64,000 nucleotides of DNA from the human T2T-CHM13v2.0 reference genome, Homo sapiens. The stretch lies in the NCBI RefSeq assembly GCF_009914755.1, contig NC_060935.1; one strand, 5' to 3'. Below are positions 1 to 17,917 of the stretch, piece by piece (position 1 is the first letter of the stretch; each line of letters opens with the position of its first letter). Both the position numbers and the translations under genes were made by a program. The notes under the pieces are model-generated. The model searched no databases and was not told where the DNA came from. It saw nothing but the letters and a program-made list of their open reading frames with translations.

Positions 1-780
1 AATGTTTACAGGCAGTATGCCTGGTAAAAGTCATTGCCATTCTCTAGTCTCGATAAACCAGAGGCACAATGCACTGCGAAAAGCTGCAGGGACCTCTGCT
101 CTGGAAAGCCAGGTATTGTCCAAGGTTTCTCCCCACGTGATAGTCTGAAATATGGCTTCGTGGCATGGGAAAGATATGACCATCCCCCAGGCTGACACCA
201 GTAAGGGTCTGTGCTGAGGAGGATCAGTAAAAGAGGAAAGTCTCTTGCAGTTGAGATAGAGGAAGGCCACCGTCTCTTGCCTGTCCCTGGGAACCGAATG
301 TCTCGGTATAAAACCCGATTGCACCTTTGTTCTATTCTGAGATAGGAGAAAAACCGCCCTGTGGCAGGAGGCGAGACATGTTGGCAGCAATGCTGCTTTG
401 TTATTCTTTACTCCATTGAGATGTTTGGGTGGAGAGAAACATAAATCTGGCCTATGTGCACATCCAGGTATAGTACCTCCCCTTGAACTTAATTATGACA
501 CAGATTCTTTTGCTCACATGTTTTTTTGCTGACCTTCTCCCTATTATCACCCTGCTCTCCTACCACATTCCTCTTGCTGAGATAGTGAAAGTAATAATCA
601 ATAAAAACTGAAGGGAACTCAAAGACCGGTGCCGGTGCAGGTCCTTGGTATTCTGAGTGCCGGTCTCCTGGGCCCACTGTTCTTTCTCTGTGCTTTGTTT
701 CTGTGTCTTATTTCTTTTCTCAGTCTCTTGTCCCACCTGACGAGATACACCCACAGGTGTGGTGGGGCTGGCCCCCTTCA
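1..780 (+). mobile_element. HERV-K(HML-2) LTR5 (LTR5A/5B-like), running off the window start; solo or 3' LTR
   Basis: Typical LTR5 text (GTATTGTCCAAGGTTTCTCCCCA, CGGTATAAAACCCGATTG), AATAAA near 600, ends GGGGCTGGCCCCCTTCA at 780; no primer-binding site follows. Confidence 0.9.
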
Positions 781-996
781 CATAACTATAACTGCTTTCA
801 GTTTAACATTCAGTTAAACAGCTTAGAAAATTATTGCCATTATTCCAGGAACTCAATCGATCACATTAAATCTCAAATCCATGGTGAATATGCCCATGTC
901 AATCAACTTGGCCATATGAAACTTAGTATATTTTTCTCTTTGGTCTCATGTCTAAGAATCCATTCCTGAACTTGTTCCCCAGACACTTGCCAGTAG

Positions 997-1328
<332 letters not shown>

Positions 1329-1708
1329 TACCAGATCAGATTTGATATCTCACTGTCTGGGCTATGATGATTTTTAAGTTTCATCAGGAACCCAGAAGTA
1401 ATGTGGAATAATGGGACTGGGCATTGAGGAGAATGGTAACAGCATGTGATCTCCTCTTTCAGGTGCAGTCAGTAAAATGCATTCATCCAGGGAAAGTCCT
1501 TGTTCTCTCAGGTTCTGGGGGGAAAAAACCCATTTTTAAAAAGAGGCTCAAGAGAATTTGAGGTTCAGAATTCTCACACTTGTCTTTCTCGGCCTAAATG
1601 CTCTCAATCCTATGTCTCAGGACATCACACCTTTCTCATTAAATACTTGCCGACATTAAGCATTTATTTGGGCTACATCTTTGCAATGCCAGCAATCAGG
1701 ACATAGCA

Positions 1709-1989
1709 TTTTTTTTCTGGGGACACGGTGTTGCTCTGTCACTCAGGCTGGAGTGATGTGGTGCAATCATAGCTCACTGCAGCCTCACATCCTCAGGCTC
1801 ACATGATCCTCTCAGCTCAGCATTCTGAGTGGCTGAGACTACAGGTGCACACCACATGCAGCTAATTTTTTATTTTTTATAGAGACGAAGGTCTCACTAT
1901 GTTGCCCAGGCTAGTCTGGCCTCAAGTGATTCTCCTGCCTTGTCCTCCCAAAGCACTGGGATTACAGGCATGTGCCACCACGCCTGGCC
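1709..1989 (-). mobile_element. Alu (AluJ-type)
   Basis: Diverged reverse Alu dimer; CATAGCA on both flanks. Confidence 0.9.
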
Positions 1990-2491
1990 CATAGCACTTG
2001 TTTTTCACTATATTTTCCCAAGGACTACAGAAGATAAGAATCATTTTGACTTCCTGTTTGTTTTTTCAGTTGGATGGTAACAGATTTTAATTTCAGCAAA
2101 TCCAGCTCACCACATAAGATTTATAATCACTATATTCATGCCTTTGTCACAGTAAATTTATCTCTCAATGCCTTGCCCTTGATCTGCCCTTCATACTTTG
2201 ATGCCACTGGTGATCATTTATGTAAATTTGATGTCACAGGATTTCATACATTATTAATGTCTCATTTCTTCCATCACATATTTCTCCACCTAATCTTCAA
2301 ATACGTAAACAACCCAATCCCTTGTGAATATTTATCTTCTTGGACTACTTCTAGGACCAGTGGTAGTCACAAATCTTGCAAGTAAAGATGGCCATTAAAA
2401 TTGGTTCATTTGAGCAGGGTTTAATAAAGAGATTACTACAAAGAAACATTTGTGATGTAGGTAATTCCAAGGAAATTCTGGGAATAAGCCT

Positions 2492-2968
2492 ATTTAATGG
2501 TTAATTTTAGGTATCAACTTGACTGGATTAAGGCATACCTAGAGAAATAATAAAACATCATTTTAAGGTATGTCTGTGAGGGTGTTTCCAGAGAAAATTG
2601 GCATGTGAAATGGAATGGATTAAATGAGGAAGATCTGCAATTAATGCAGGTTGACACCATCCAATCAACTGGGGGCCCAGAGAGAATAAAAACAGAGGAC
2701 ATGTGAATTGGTTTGTCTCTATTCTGGAGCTGGGATATACTCCTCCTCCTGTCCTTGGATATCAGAACTCCAGGCTGTTTAGCTTTTTAACTCCAGGATT
2801 TACACCACAAGCCTCTTGGGTTCTCAGCCCTTTGAACTTGGACTGAACCACACTACTGGAATTCTAGGGTCTCCGGTATATAGTCTGCCTTTTGTCGGAC
2901 TTCTCAGCCTCCTTAATCACGTGAGCCAATTTTCCTAATAAACCCCCTCTTGTAAACCTCTATGTCTG

Positions 2969-3015
<47 letters not shown>

Positions 3016-3063
3016 CTCTATCTCCTATTGGTTCTGTCTCTCTGGAGAACGCTTACTAATACA
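2492..3063 (+). mobile_element. MLT2-family (ERVL) LTR containing a (TCTA)n microsatellite at about 2965-3015
   Basis: Starts ATGGTTAATTTTAGGTATCAACTTGACTGG, AATAAA near 2937, ends CTAATACA. Confidence 0.8.
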
Positions 3064-3912
3064 CCCTAGAACTAATAACTTCTGAGCACTGTTACCACCT
3101 CTATCCTTAATCATACAAGAAGAGAGAGAGGTTATGGGCACTGAAGAAAGAGTTTTGAAAAAGGGTCACCTGTTAGTAGCTATGGTCTAAGGCCATGGAT
3201 ACACCAGTTGTGCCATGTCTGTAGATAAGGAGCCTGGGGGAAACTCTCTGCCTTCACTGTCCTCCCTGCCATTGATAACCATTGGGTAAAGCTATTAAAT
3301 AGTAAGCAAAGATCCCACTGATGCAAATTAATACAGGTGAACATCCTGGAGCAAAAAAAGGAGTTTAGAAGGATGGAGAATGGATTTGGAGGGAAAAATG
3401 AGATACATCCAACATACAACAGAAATATTAGTAAGGAAGTTCGTATGTGTTTTAATATGCAAATATAAACATATGAATATTAATAACACACATAATATAT
3501 GTGTATACATATTATAGTTAAGCTTCTGCACAACTCAAGGGAGAATGAGAATAAAAATTATAACTAATTACATTTTTCACAAGGGAATCATAGTCTCCAA
3601 AATTTTTCCTCCTTTCTCAGTAATAATCCCCAATTCATCAATACAAAATTTAGTTTAATTGCCTTGTTAGCTATTCTCCAAATTGTGAAACCCTGAGGGG
3701 TTTCAGGAATCCGTAACCCTGGGAATTCATACTCTGACATAAAAGAATCTGGGAAAGGCAAACTTAAATTCTATTGAGATGATGGTGTTGCTGAGAATTT
3801 TAGGTAAGTTGCTTAATTCAAATGTTAAATGTAGATGGAAAATTTTTCTTCTTCCTCATAACCAGTCCAATAACCATTTACATAGTAATATATGATAAGT
3901 GCTAAAGAAAGC

Positions 3913-4194
3913 TTTTCTTTTTTTCTTGAGACAGAGTCTCACTCTGTTGCCCAGGCTGGAGTGCAATGGAGGTGCCTTCATGGCTCACTGCAACCTCAAT
4001 CTCCCAAGATCAAGCAATCTTCCCACCTCAGCTTCTGGAGGAGCATGGACTACAGGTACACCCTATCACATCTGGCTAATTTTTTTTTTTTATTTTTTGT
4101 AGAAACAAGATTTCACCTTGTCACCCAGTCTCGTTTTGAACTCCTACACTCAGCCTCCCAAAGTGCTGGGATTGCAGGTGTGAGCCACTGCCCC
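3913..4194 (-). mobile_element. Alu (AluJ-type)
   Basis: Diverged reverse Alu sequence. Confidence 0.9.
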
Positions 4195-4804
4195 TGTTTT
4201 GAAATATATTCATCATCTTCCTGTTTTAATTTCTAAAACTGCTGGCAGCTCACACACAGAAGTAGAATTTCACACTATTAGATTCAAAAAAAAGAGCAAT
4301 TAACAACACAGAAAATTGCAAGGGAAGAAAAAAAAACAAATGCACAAACAGGCAACGATTAGGAGCCACTAACAAAAGAGATAGTCTTGTTAATATCTCA
4401 AGAGCAAGAATGAGAAGAAAGAATTAAATAGAAGATATTATCAGTCTAACGGCCAAAAGACATCAAGAAAAGCTTAACATGTTGCTTTTAAAGTTTGATA
4501 TTCTTTAAGAAAGTGTGAAGGCATATGGTAATTTTAAGGAAACCTCTAACAATAGAAGCATATCTCTAAATACAAAAAGTTGTATTTTAATAATTTTGGA
4601 TGAAGAATGCACTTTTAGCTTTTAATATAAAAATATAATATTAGTTAGGAAGGATAGTATGTTAGCTGGTTAGTACTTCCTGCCAGCTATTATAGTCTTC
4701 TTGTTCTGATTAAGAAATACAGATGTTGGCTTGTCAAACCATCCTCTCTACCAGTGTACATAAGTAAGTATCCAGGGAAACACAAAGGAAATGTGTGTTT
4801 TACC

Positions 4805-4809
<5 letters not shown>

Positions 4810-4836
<27 letters not shown>
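4810..4836. repeat. (TG)n microsatellite
   Basis: Direct reading. Confidence 0.95.
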
Positions 4837-5175
4837 CCCAGGGTGTATTATGAGCATTGTTTTTTCCAGTGAGAAGAATTATATACTTTTCTTAACAGTC
4901 TCAGAGGTAGCTGAGCTCAATAAAACTCAATTATCTTTTCTGAGTAATGAACCTCAGAGCAAAATATGTGAACGAAGGGATGGAAGAGTCAAAGGGAAAG
5001 AGCATCACCCTGGGCTCCCTAAGAATAGTTAGACCTGTGAACTATTGAGCAAAGGCTACTGGTGATGGGATGGAGAAGAGAATGCTGATAGGAGAAGAAA
5101 GTACATCAAACTGTCAGTAGGTGATAATATATAAAAATTTAATACATTGAAATATTTTACATAAAAAAGCAATCC

Positions 5176-5455
5176 ATCCCAGCATTTTGGAAGGCTGAAG
5201 CAGGCAGATCACTTGAGGTCAGCAGTTTGAGACCAACCTGGCCATCATGGTTAAACCTTGTCTCTACTAAAAATACAAAAAAAGTAGCCGAGTGTGGTGG
5301 CACATGCCTGTAATCCCAGCTACTGGGGAGGCTGATGCAGGAGAGTCACTTGAGCCTGGGAGGCAGAGGTCTCAGTGAGCTGCCGAGATCGCACCACTGC
5401 ACTCCAGACTGGGCAACAGAGCGAGACTCTGTCTCAAAAAAAAAAAAAAAAAAAA
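5176..5455 (+). mobile_element. 5'-truncated Alu (AluS-type)
   Basis: Alu body with poly(A); TSD AAAAAAGCAATCCAT on both sides. Confidence 0.92.
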
Positions 5456-5660
5456 AGCAATCCATTGCTTTACAACACTGTAACATCATTAGTTACGATA
5501 TACTAAGCACATTATTTTTCTACCATCATATGAGGAAATTATTATCCCATTTAATAGATAAGAAATAAAATTAAAGCAATTTAAATGAGTTTTCCAAGGT
5601 CCCTATTATAGAAATTGTTGCCATTAGGATTCAAATGTAGATCTGTTTATAGATCATCTT

Positions 5661-5768
5661 ATAAAATTTGTAACTTTAAAATTAAAAAGAATAAAATTTA
5701 TGACTTTAAAATTAAAAAGAATAAAATTTATAACTTTAAAATTAAAAAGAATAAAATTTATAACTTTA
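5661..5768. repeat. 30-bp AT-rich tandem repeat, about 3.6 copies
   Basis: Unit TAACTTTAAAATTAAAAAGAATAAAATTTA repeated nearly perfectly. Confidence 0.95.
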
Positions 5769-5845
5769 TGCAGCAAATCTTTACATTTGTTAATTTCTTT
5801 TTTTTTTTTTTGCCAGCACTGTTCTTTATTGTGCTAGTGTGCCAC

Positions 5846-9231
<3,386 letters not shown>

Positions 9232-11469
9232 TGCAGAAATACTTTTTATGCAAGGTTGTGATGGACTTGGTGCAAGCCTGTTATTTTTTGCAGAATCTTT
9301 TGTGATGGTTTTGTTCTCAGGCATACAATCTTGAGAACCCTCTCTTCATGCTTTCCCCAGCTCGCTTTGTGAGTTTTTTTTTTTTTTTTATATTAGTGAC
9401 TCCATTTTGATTCTGACAACTTTCATATTTTCTCCCTTTTGATCAAGACTTTCTCCAAAGGCATCACTGAACAATAATCATGTAGCTAGATTTTGATATC
9501 CCTTCGTGCTGGAATGGACCTATGCCTGGGCTGGTCTCATCCCACCTTAGGGGGAGAGTTTGGTGACTAGCAGTCAGTGTTAAAACCTCTTTAGCCACAC
9601 TGAGCAACAAGGGAAGTTTGAAGGGAGTGGGACACAGACTGAGTCTACCTGGAGTTTATTATTAAGTTGAATTTTCTCTGTTCTGTAGTCTTTTGCAACC
9701 ATACCAAAGTGCTGGGCCAACATTATATCCTTAGGAGTTGTACTTCCACACATATTTAAGAAGTAACAGCTACAAAGTTTAAAAAAGGAAAATACAAAGT
9801 AAAATTAATAGTAATATCACAATTCCAGTTTATATAATAGTTTTCAGTCATAAACCCAGGCTTAAAGGCAACCAACTGAATAAAGCAAATGACATTAGAG
9901 AATTAGGTGAGATCTGTTGTAATCAGATGGCCTGTTTTCTTATTTTGCATATGTGGGTCCCAACTTCCCCGGAGGAGTTTATCCAAGTACATAATGTAAT
10001 ATTAGCAATAGCACAGACATTTTCTTATTTAACCAGTGGATAATAAATAATTTCTTGTATTAGGTTTTGTTAAGATACCAGCATAAACTACTGATTGTAA
10101 AACTTTAATTACACTATTATTTCGCCAAGTAAGAAAGGTAGCATTAAGAGGAGTAAGAGTCTTATTATGACATGGAGTCATTCTGATTTCTTTAGGAAAG
10201 CTGTATACAGTGACCAAAAAAAAAAAAAAATGTGAATTTCTCCTCCTGGTTAGAATGTCTCTGGTCATGACATCATGTAGCTTGGTAAACTTTTTGGGTG
10301 GCCCACACATCAGACACAATTCTTGTCCCTTAAAATTCATCTCATTTCAGCTTATAAGGCTTTAGGAAAAAATCAGGTTTTGTTGTTAATTGTAGCCAAA
10401 TATTGGAGGAGAATTCAGGTTCTAATCCTGTCTATAGATACGTAATAAGAACTTAAAAGTAATGCACAGAACCACAATCTAATAACAAGTGTATTATAAT
10501 TTTCTTTAGAAACAATTTTTCTCTATACATTCAGGATCTAATCTAGTTAACAGGTGGATAACAAGAACTTGAAAGCAATGCATATGACTATAATCTAATG
10601 TTTATTATAGCTTTTTTTTTTAGAATCATAATGTTTTCTTTCTGTATTGATGACATAAAAATCTCCAAGTTGAAACCTTATTGAGGCTAGGAAGCCAAAC
10701 CAAGGTAGGCTTTACATTTTACTTCCATTCTTAAGGTTCCTAGGCCTGCCAGGAAGTGACAATTATTATTTATTTACTGTAAGGATGAAAACCCTATGAG
10801 GCCAAGCATTTAAAGTTCATTCTCAAATATTTTACTTTAGTCAAAACCTTGACAATATAACCAATGTTTCCAATTTTATTCTCTTAAAAAGAGGAAACAA
10901 AATTTTATTGAATGTATGTTAACAATCCTATTGTTATAAAGCAATAAGTATACTCATGAATAGTTTCCAAATATTGGAGGAATCAAGTACGGAGAAAAAT
11001 CAAATGCTTCCACCTTTGTTCACAAAAATATACTTTACCGAATTGTTACAAACTATAGATAGTGTATGAAAGAAAATGTCCTTAAACCCAGAAAACAAAT
11101 TGTTTAAGTAAAGAATCAACAATTATTTAAATAAGTTCTGAAAACATTACCATCGATTATTTAATTTTATATAATTAATTTTTTGTTTTGCTTCATCTTG
11201 ATTAACTGCTTCATGAACTCATCCGTTTCTTTGTTAGAGCTCTGAACATTTTGATTTTTGTCTTTCAATCATAAGGGTATCAGAAATCTATGTTCAAGAG
11301 TACTCGTTATAGTCTTTTCCATGAAAAGCAATATAGGTGACTACAAATGATTTTACAGAAGATTCAAAACAACTGTGGATGACAAAAACTTAGAATATCC
11401 ATGGTTAAAAATGTAATGAGAATTCACAATTGACAAGGGATTTTAATTTAGTTATTTGTATTTATGTAC

Positions 11470-11770
<301 letters not shown>

Positions 11771-14645
11771 TATTTATGTACATTTTAAGATGACAACAAG
11801 AACCATAACTGATAGCATCACATCAGAACTCGTAGACTTTTATAAATTTTATATAATCTTTAGAACACTCACATTAATAACATATCACACACACATAACT
11901 TTAGAAAAGATTTAACATAACAAACAAAATTATGACTCATAACATTAAATGTAGCATGTATATAATTTTTGAAAAAATTAGACAATAATATATCTATAAA
12001 TGTAACTGAAAGAAAATCTAGTATCATTTATCATTTGACAGTTCTTTAATTTACCAAATAAGCCTAATCATTTAATATTTCTACAAAATGAGAGATACAT
12101 TCTTTAAGTCTCTCCAAGGACTTAACTGAAAATCTCTAAGTTAATTCTAGGTCAAAAGATTTAATTTAGGATTTTGACCTGAGGGAAGCCTACCAGATGT
12201 CAAAGGTTCAAAAGACTTGATCAAAACAGAATCACAGGTCTCTGTAAAATATCAGTCATTAACCAGAGTAATAATCAAAAGACTTCAAAATAAATGCAGA
12301 AAGTTACATGGGTGTAAGAACCTTAACCCTGTTAAAGCTCAGTTTTTCTAAGTAATCAAAAATTTAATAAAGACAACACAGGAAATTATCTTTATAAAAT
12401 TTTAAATCTTTATTTTTTATAAAGCCAGTTATTAAAAAGGTAAAGATAAACGTACTGCAGTTTCATTGTTTTTCCTTAAGGGAAGCTCATTTAGATAACC
12501 GGGAAGTCAAACCTGATGAAAAGGGCACCTGAATTTAACCAGACACAGGAGGAGTGTGTCCAGGTTGTAAGGTTATGCTATATTATAGAGGAATGTAAAC
12601 AAGAAAACTAATATCTTGAACAGAGGAATACCTGGCTCTTAGTAACAACGTGGAAAGTTTCCTGGTCACAATTCACACACAGCAAGAAAAACCTAAAGTA
12701 TAAAATCAAATTATACTGAGGGAAAACATTGGTTTTCTAGGCCTTTAAGATAAGTATTTCAGCATCAGGCTATAACAGTGTTAGAACCAGGAAGAAAAAG
12801 AGTTGATGAAAAGGTTGAAAGAAAGAGCTATCACTCCAGCCAAGCAAAAAAACAAACAACAACAACAACAACAACAAACCCACACATTTTTAAGGGAAGA
12901 AAGAGAGCTGAAGACAATGATTCAGGACCTGCCAATTATATGCAGCAAGATACAGCAAAAGTTAAACTTCTGAGACATAAATCTGAAATGTTTCCAGAAA
13001 AAATTTACCTCCAAAAATAAAAGTACAATTCTGGATGAAAAAGACAGCATTTCAAAACTAAAACTAGAGAAATTAAATAGATCTCAGGAAGAAATATGGC
13101 AGAAATAGAAATTGTCTGTAGTTTAGAATATCACCATTAAGAAAAACATGTTTCAGAATTAAAAATCAAAAATTTTTGCAGTCTTACTAAGAGCAAATCA
13201 ATATATTAAGAAAATCTTTTTCTAACATAGGGGACCAAATTTTTTAGTTTAATGTTAGTATATTTTCAATGTTAAGTCTCATTTTATAGACAGTCATAAT
13301 TTTTTTTAAATTATAGCCAACTTGATCACATACAAAATTTCTTTTATAAATTCCCCCTTTCACAAACACCATACCTACTCAGACCATTTACAGCATGCTT
13401 AAACTTTCTGTTATGTCTTATACTTAATCTTTCTTAAATAACCAGTCATTTTACTTTAGAACAAAAAGTTACCACAAAATATTTTTTCTCATACAAAATT
13501 ATCTTCTTTTCAACTTGTTTTGCAAAAATATATTTTCATACCCATAACTTTTTTCCTATCTCTGTCTCTCTCCTACTTACTGGTACTTTTCCATCACATT
13601 GTAGCCTATTGTTTTATACTTGTTAAATTTATATTTTGCAAAAAAAACCTTTAAGTAACTCTAAATTATGCAAAATTATTCTTTTTTTCTTGATAAAGAA
13701 TATGCTTTTATGCCTTTCTTATAATTTTTTATTAAAACACGTCTTACTTTTTTGAGAGATTTTATATTATAGTTCTAGAGGTATTAATTAGTATTTTTAA
13801 TTTAATAACCTTAAATTTAGTGAAAACCTAGGAAGCCAGAAATCTTGAATTATCTGTCATATCAGTATTTTATATATGAAAATCTTTATAATTTTTAAAA
13901 ACATGTTTTTCTATAACAGAATTTTACGTATATTCATGGAACCAAATCTATTTAGTCTTTCTATATTATTTTAGAATCCAAGAAAAGAAACTTATATTTA
14001 TGGTCAGAATTTTGTTTTATGATATTATTTGGAAATGACTCAGACATTTAATGAATATCATTTAAATCAATATAATATAACTTTAAGATTTCAAATTACA
14101 TGAAAACTATATTTACAGACATTTACCTCATTTCTATTATCTAATTTATTCAATTTTTTACAGTTTACATAGATTAGTTATGAAAATTGAGATATGAAAT
14201 AAAGCTAATCATCATTTCTAGTTATTTTCCTATTTGTATAACTTATGAATATCAGGCATGCACCTAAGTAGAAATCTTAAATTATATGAATATTTTGCTT
14301 ATAACTTAGAAGATATAGCTATTTTTACTAAACAAACATTATTAAACTAGCCTTAATTATCAAAGAGTTGACAAAGATTATTCTGTTTTAGGCTGAGTTT
14401 ATAGTTTTATAACCTTTGGGTCAAACCCCAACACCCTAAAACATCTAGCAAAGACAAATATAAAATTCTACCAGTACACCTGGGCAAAAACATATGTTGA
14501 CAATTTCCTGATAATTTTAAAACCAGCTTATTTATTAAAGACGTACTTAAGTCACATGAACTAAAAAGCATTTGGGTTATTATACATTTTTTATGAGTGC
14601 TCATTTATCTAAGATATGTGAATAGAATTCCTTAAGAAATTTTTT

Positions 14646-15083
<438 letters not shown>

Positions 15084-16914
15084 TCAATATGTAATCTAAT
15101 GAAGGCTGCAGACCAAAATTTGGGTGAAGCAATTTATATAGTAGCTTGGGTTTTATTGTTGTTTGTTGGTTTGTTTGTTTTTCTTAGCCTCTTTAACATT
15201 TATATTTTATTTATTCAGTCTCAAATGAGTTTAGAGTTAAATTTTCAATTGTTTACATTGTAGCTAGGACTGGTTGAATTGTATTATAAAAACAAAATCT
15301 CCAGTGTTGAACTAGTAACAAATCTATCTTTTTTTATTTTATTTTAATTTTTTTTGCAGGTCTGTTTTGCTTGATTAACAAATGGAGACAAGAAAGAATT
15401 TTAGCAGGATTTGTTGTTTTTTTCGCAGGGGCTGGGGGGTTAGTCTTTGTGTGGCAGAAAAAGCAAATTTTTTATGCCAGACAAAGATGATTTATATTGT
15501 TTAGAGTTCAAGATTTTGACCTGTTAGACCTGAGAGCCTAACATTTATACATATTTATCTAGCTCTTTTTATAGATTATTAATTTTTCAATAAATTATTT
15601 CATCACCATAAACAAATTTTAGTCAGGTAAACCTAAATTTACATTTTCTAATGGTGTCTAGGTTGTTGGTTACCATGGAGCTCTTGTAATTTGTGAAGCT
15701 ATTAATTTAAAAGCCCTTTAATACTTTTAAAAAAGTCTTGACTAGAATGCCACAAGCGGTGAGTTTTATGTCAACCCCAGTAGAAAAGTCAGCAGATTCA
15801 AAGTAGGCAGTAAGAAAAAACAAGAAAGAGAGACAGTGAACTTAGAAGTCTCTACATGCTTAGCATGGTAGTTGCAGATCTCTAAAAGAGTTTAAATAAT
15901 GAACATTTGAGCTCTGAATTTTTCTTGATGTAACATTGCTTGTCAATTTTAAAATGTGCATAAGCATGAGCCATAAAATGTGGCTAGCTGGAGTCCCAAA
16001 AACCTGTCATGCCTTTATGTTTAAAAAACCCATTCTGTTTCTTACTCATCTCTTGAGAGCAAAGAAAATATTATCATTCCTATCAGGAAATGTCAGGAGT
16101 TTAGAGCAGTGTTTTAGATGGTAGCAATTGCACTAATGGCTTTTAATTAACCTTTCTGCACCCAACATTTGGAATATATTTTTGCTTTCAGAATAATTTT
16201 TTAAAAAGCAAGGGAAAAGAATCAAACCAAATCAAAAGAAACCAAGATAAGAGCATTCATAAAAATTTCAACCTCGGCGTAGAGATCAAACAAAATATTC
16301 AACTAAGCACAGAGACCAAAAGTGAATTCACCGCAAAAGACATGCCTTCTAGATAGAATGTAAATTCTGTAGAACCAGAGTACTCAATCCAGAAAGACAC
16401 ATGTCTTTACACCAGAAAAGATATACCACAAAAGACAAAAAGTATTTTATCACCCCAGGAGGGATGCATAGTCCCTTATTAGGTGACTTTATAAAAAAAA
16501 AAAGATCCTGACTAATATAAAAAAGCCTCTACTAAAAGAGGCAGGCTCAGCCTAAGAGAAGACTCATCAGGGCAGAAAAGTGAGCCAAGGAAGTGGAGGA
16601 AAGCACAAGGGCCTCAAGTGAGCACTGCACATCAGTTCAAGAATCACCAGTTTCTTTGGATCATTATCTTTTTCGGGTTCTATTTGTGACACCATATATG
16701 TCAACCTAAATAACAAACACAGAGAGGCTATCTAAAAGAAAAATAGGTTTATCTGAGAATAGAGTGTTGCTGTGGGAATACAAATGCCACAGTAAACCGT
16801 ATGCATATTCGGGGAGGTAATGGAAGACAAAGATTTTTTTAAAAATGAGAATTATGTGATTATTTTGAAATAATAATCTTTGGCTACATAGATTGATGAC
16901 AAGGGTGATGCCTG

Positions 16915-17568
16915 TTTTTTGTTGTTGTTGTTGTTGTTTTGTTGTTTGTTGGTTTTGCTGAAACATGCAGAGAATTTTTATTTATCACAAATGTTAATAC
17001 TTATATTTACTTGCAGAACAGAGTCACAGAGAGATATGCAGGCAAGGTATTAGTGGGGTTCAAGGGTTTCGCACAACATTTAGTACACAGTAGGTTGCTC
17101 ACTAAGGACTTGTCATATTTTGCTCAAATGCCAACTTTTGGTACCTTAGATTGTCAATTAGTCATTTCTTATATAGATGATTTTTTGGATAATTGTCATA
17201 CTACATTTTTACCAATTAAGGATTTCAGTCCATTTTTTATTACTTTTTTCAATCATAATTCAAGGTCAGGAAGTAGGAGCCCCATCCCCGCTCCCTTCCA
17301 GACAACAGAATAGTATTCTTACTAGGAGTTCCTAAGACCTAGCAATTCCAGCATGCGAATTGTGAGAGGACATAGCCAGGAAGATGAGAAACTGTAGCCA
17401 TCATCCAGGGGTAATATATTCCATCTCTGTTGCTCCTTGCAGCCTGCAGGTCCTCTTCAGTGCCCTCTCCATTAAACCCATTAACATGTAGGATCCTCAT
17501 CTGCTTCACATTGGTGCCTTTACCAGATTCTCCAGCACCCAGGAGTAGCAGGCGGTCCATGGCACGGT
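16915..17568 (-). pseudogene. 5'-truncated processed pseudogene of GNAS (Gs-alpha exon 1 end, exon 2, exon 3, alternative terminal exon, poly(A))
   Basis: Peptide [45 protein letters not shown] matches Gs-alpha long form; intronless; AATAAA (minus 16977-16982) 20 nt before an A-rich tail at 16915-16956; candidate TSD GATGCCTG/GATGCTTG. Confidence 0.9.
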
Positions 17569-17739
17569 CGATGCTTGGCTGGACAGGCAGTTTCTGGGCA
17601 GGTGTCCTTGCAGAAGTACTCTTTTTCTGTAAAGTTGTGATGACCTTTGTGCAAGGTGTAGTTTTTGCAGTCTTTTATGATAGTTTTATCAGGAATACAA
17701 GCATGAGAAACCTCTCTTAATTCCCTCCGCTGGCTCTTT

Positions 17740-17917
<178 letters not shown>

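Noticed and set aside
5661-5768. 30-bp repeats as a CRISPR-like array
   Set aside because: No spacers, simple tandem copies, eukaryotic context
17339-17560. 73-aa G-protein-like ORF as a functional micro-protein or as GNAL
   Set aside because: 5'-truncated, P-loop altered (GKGTN for GKSTI), ATG appears to arise by mutation; the exon 3 peptide is GNAS-specific
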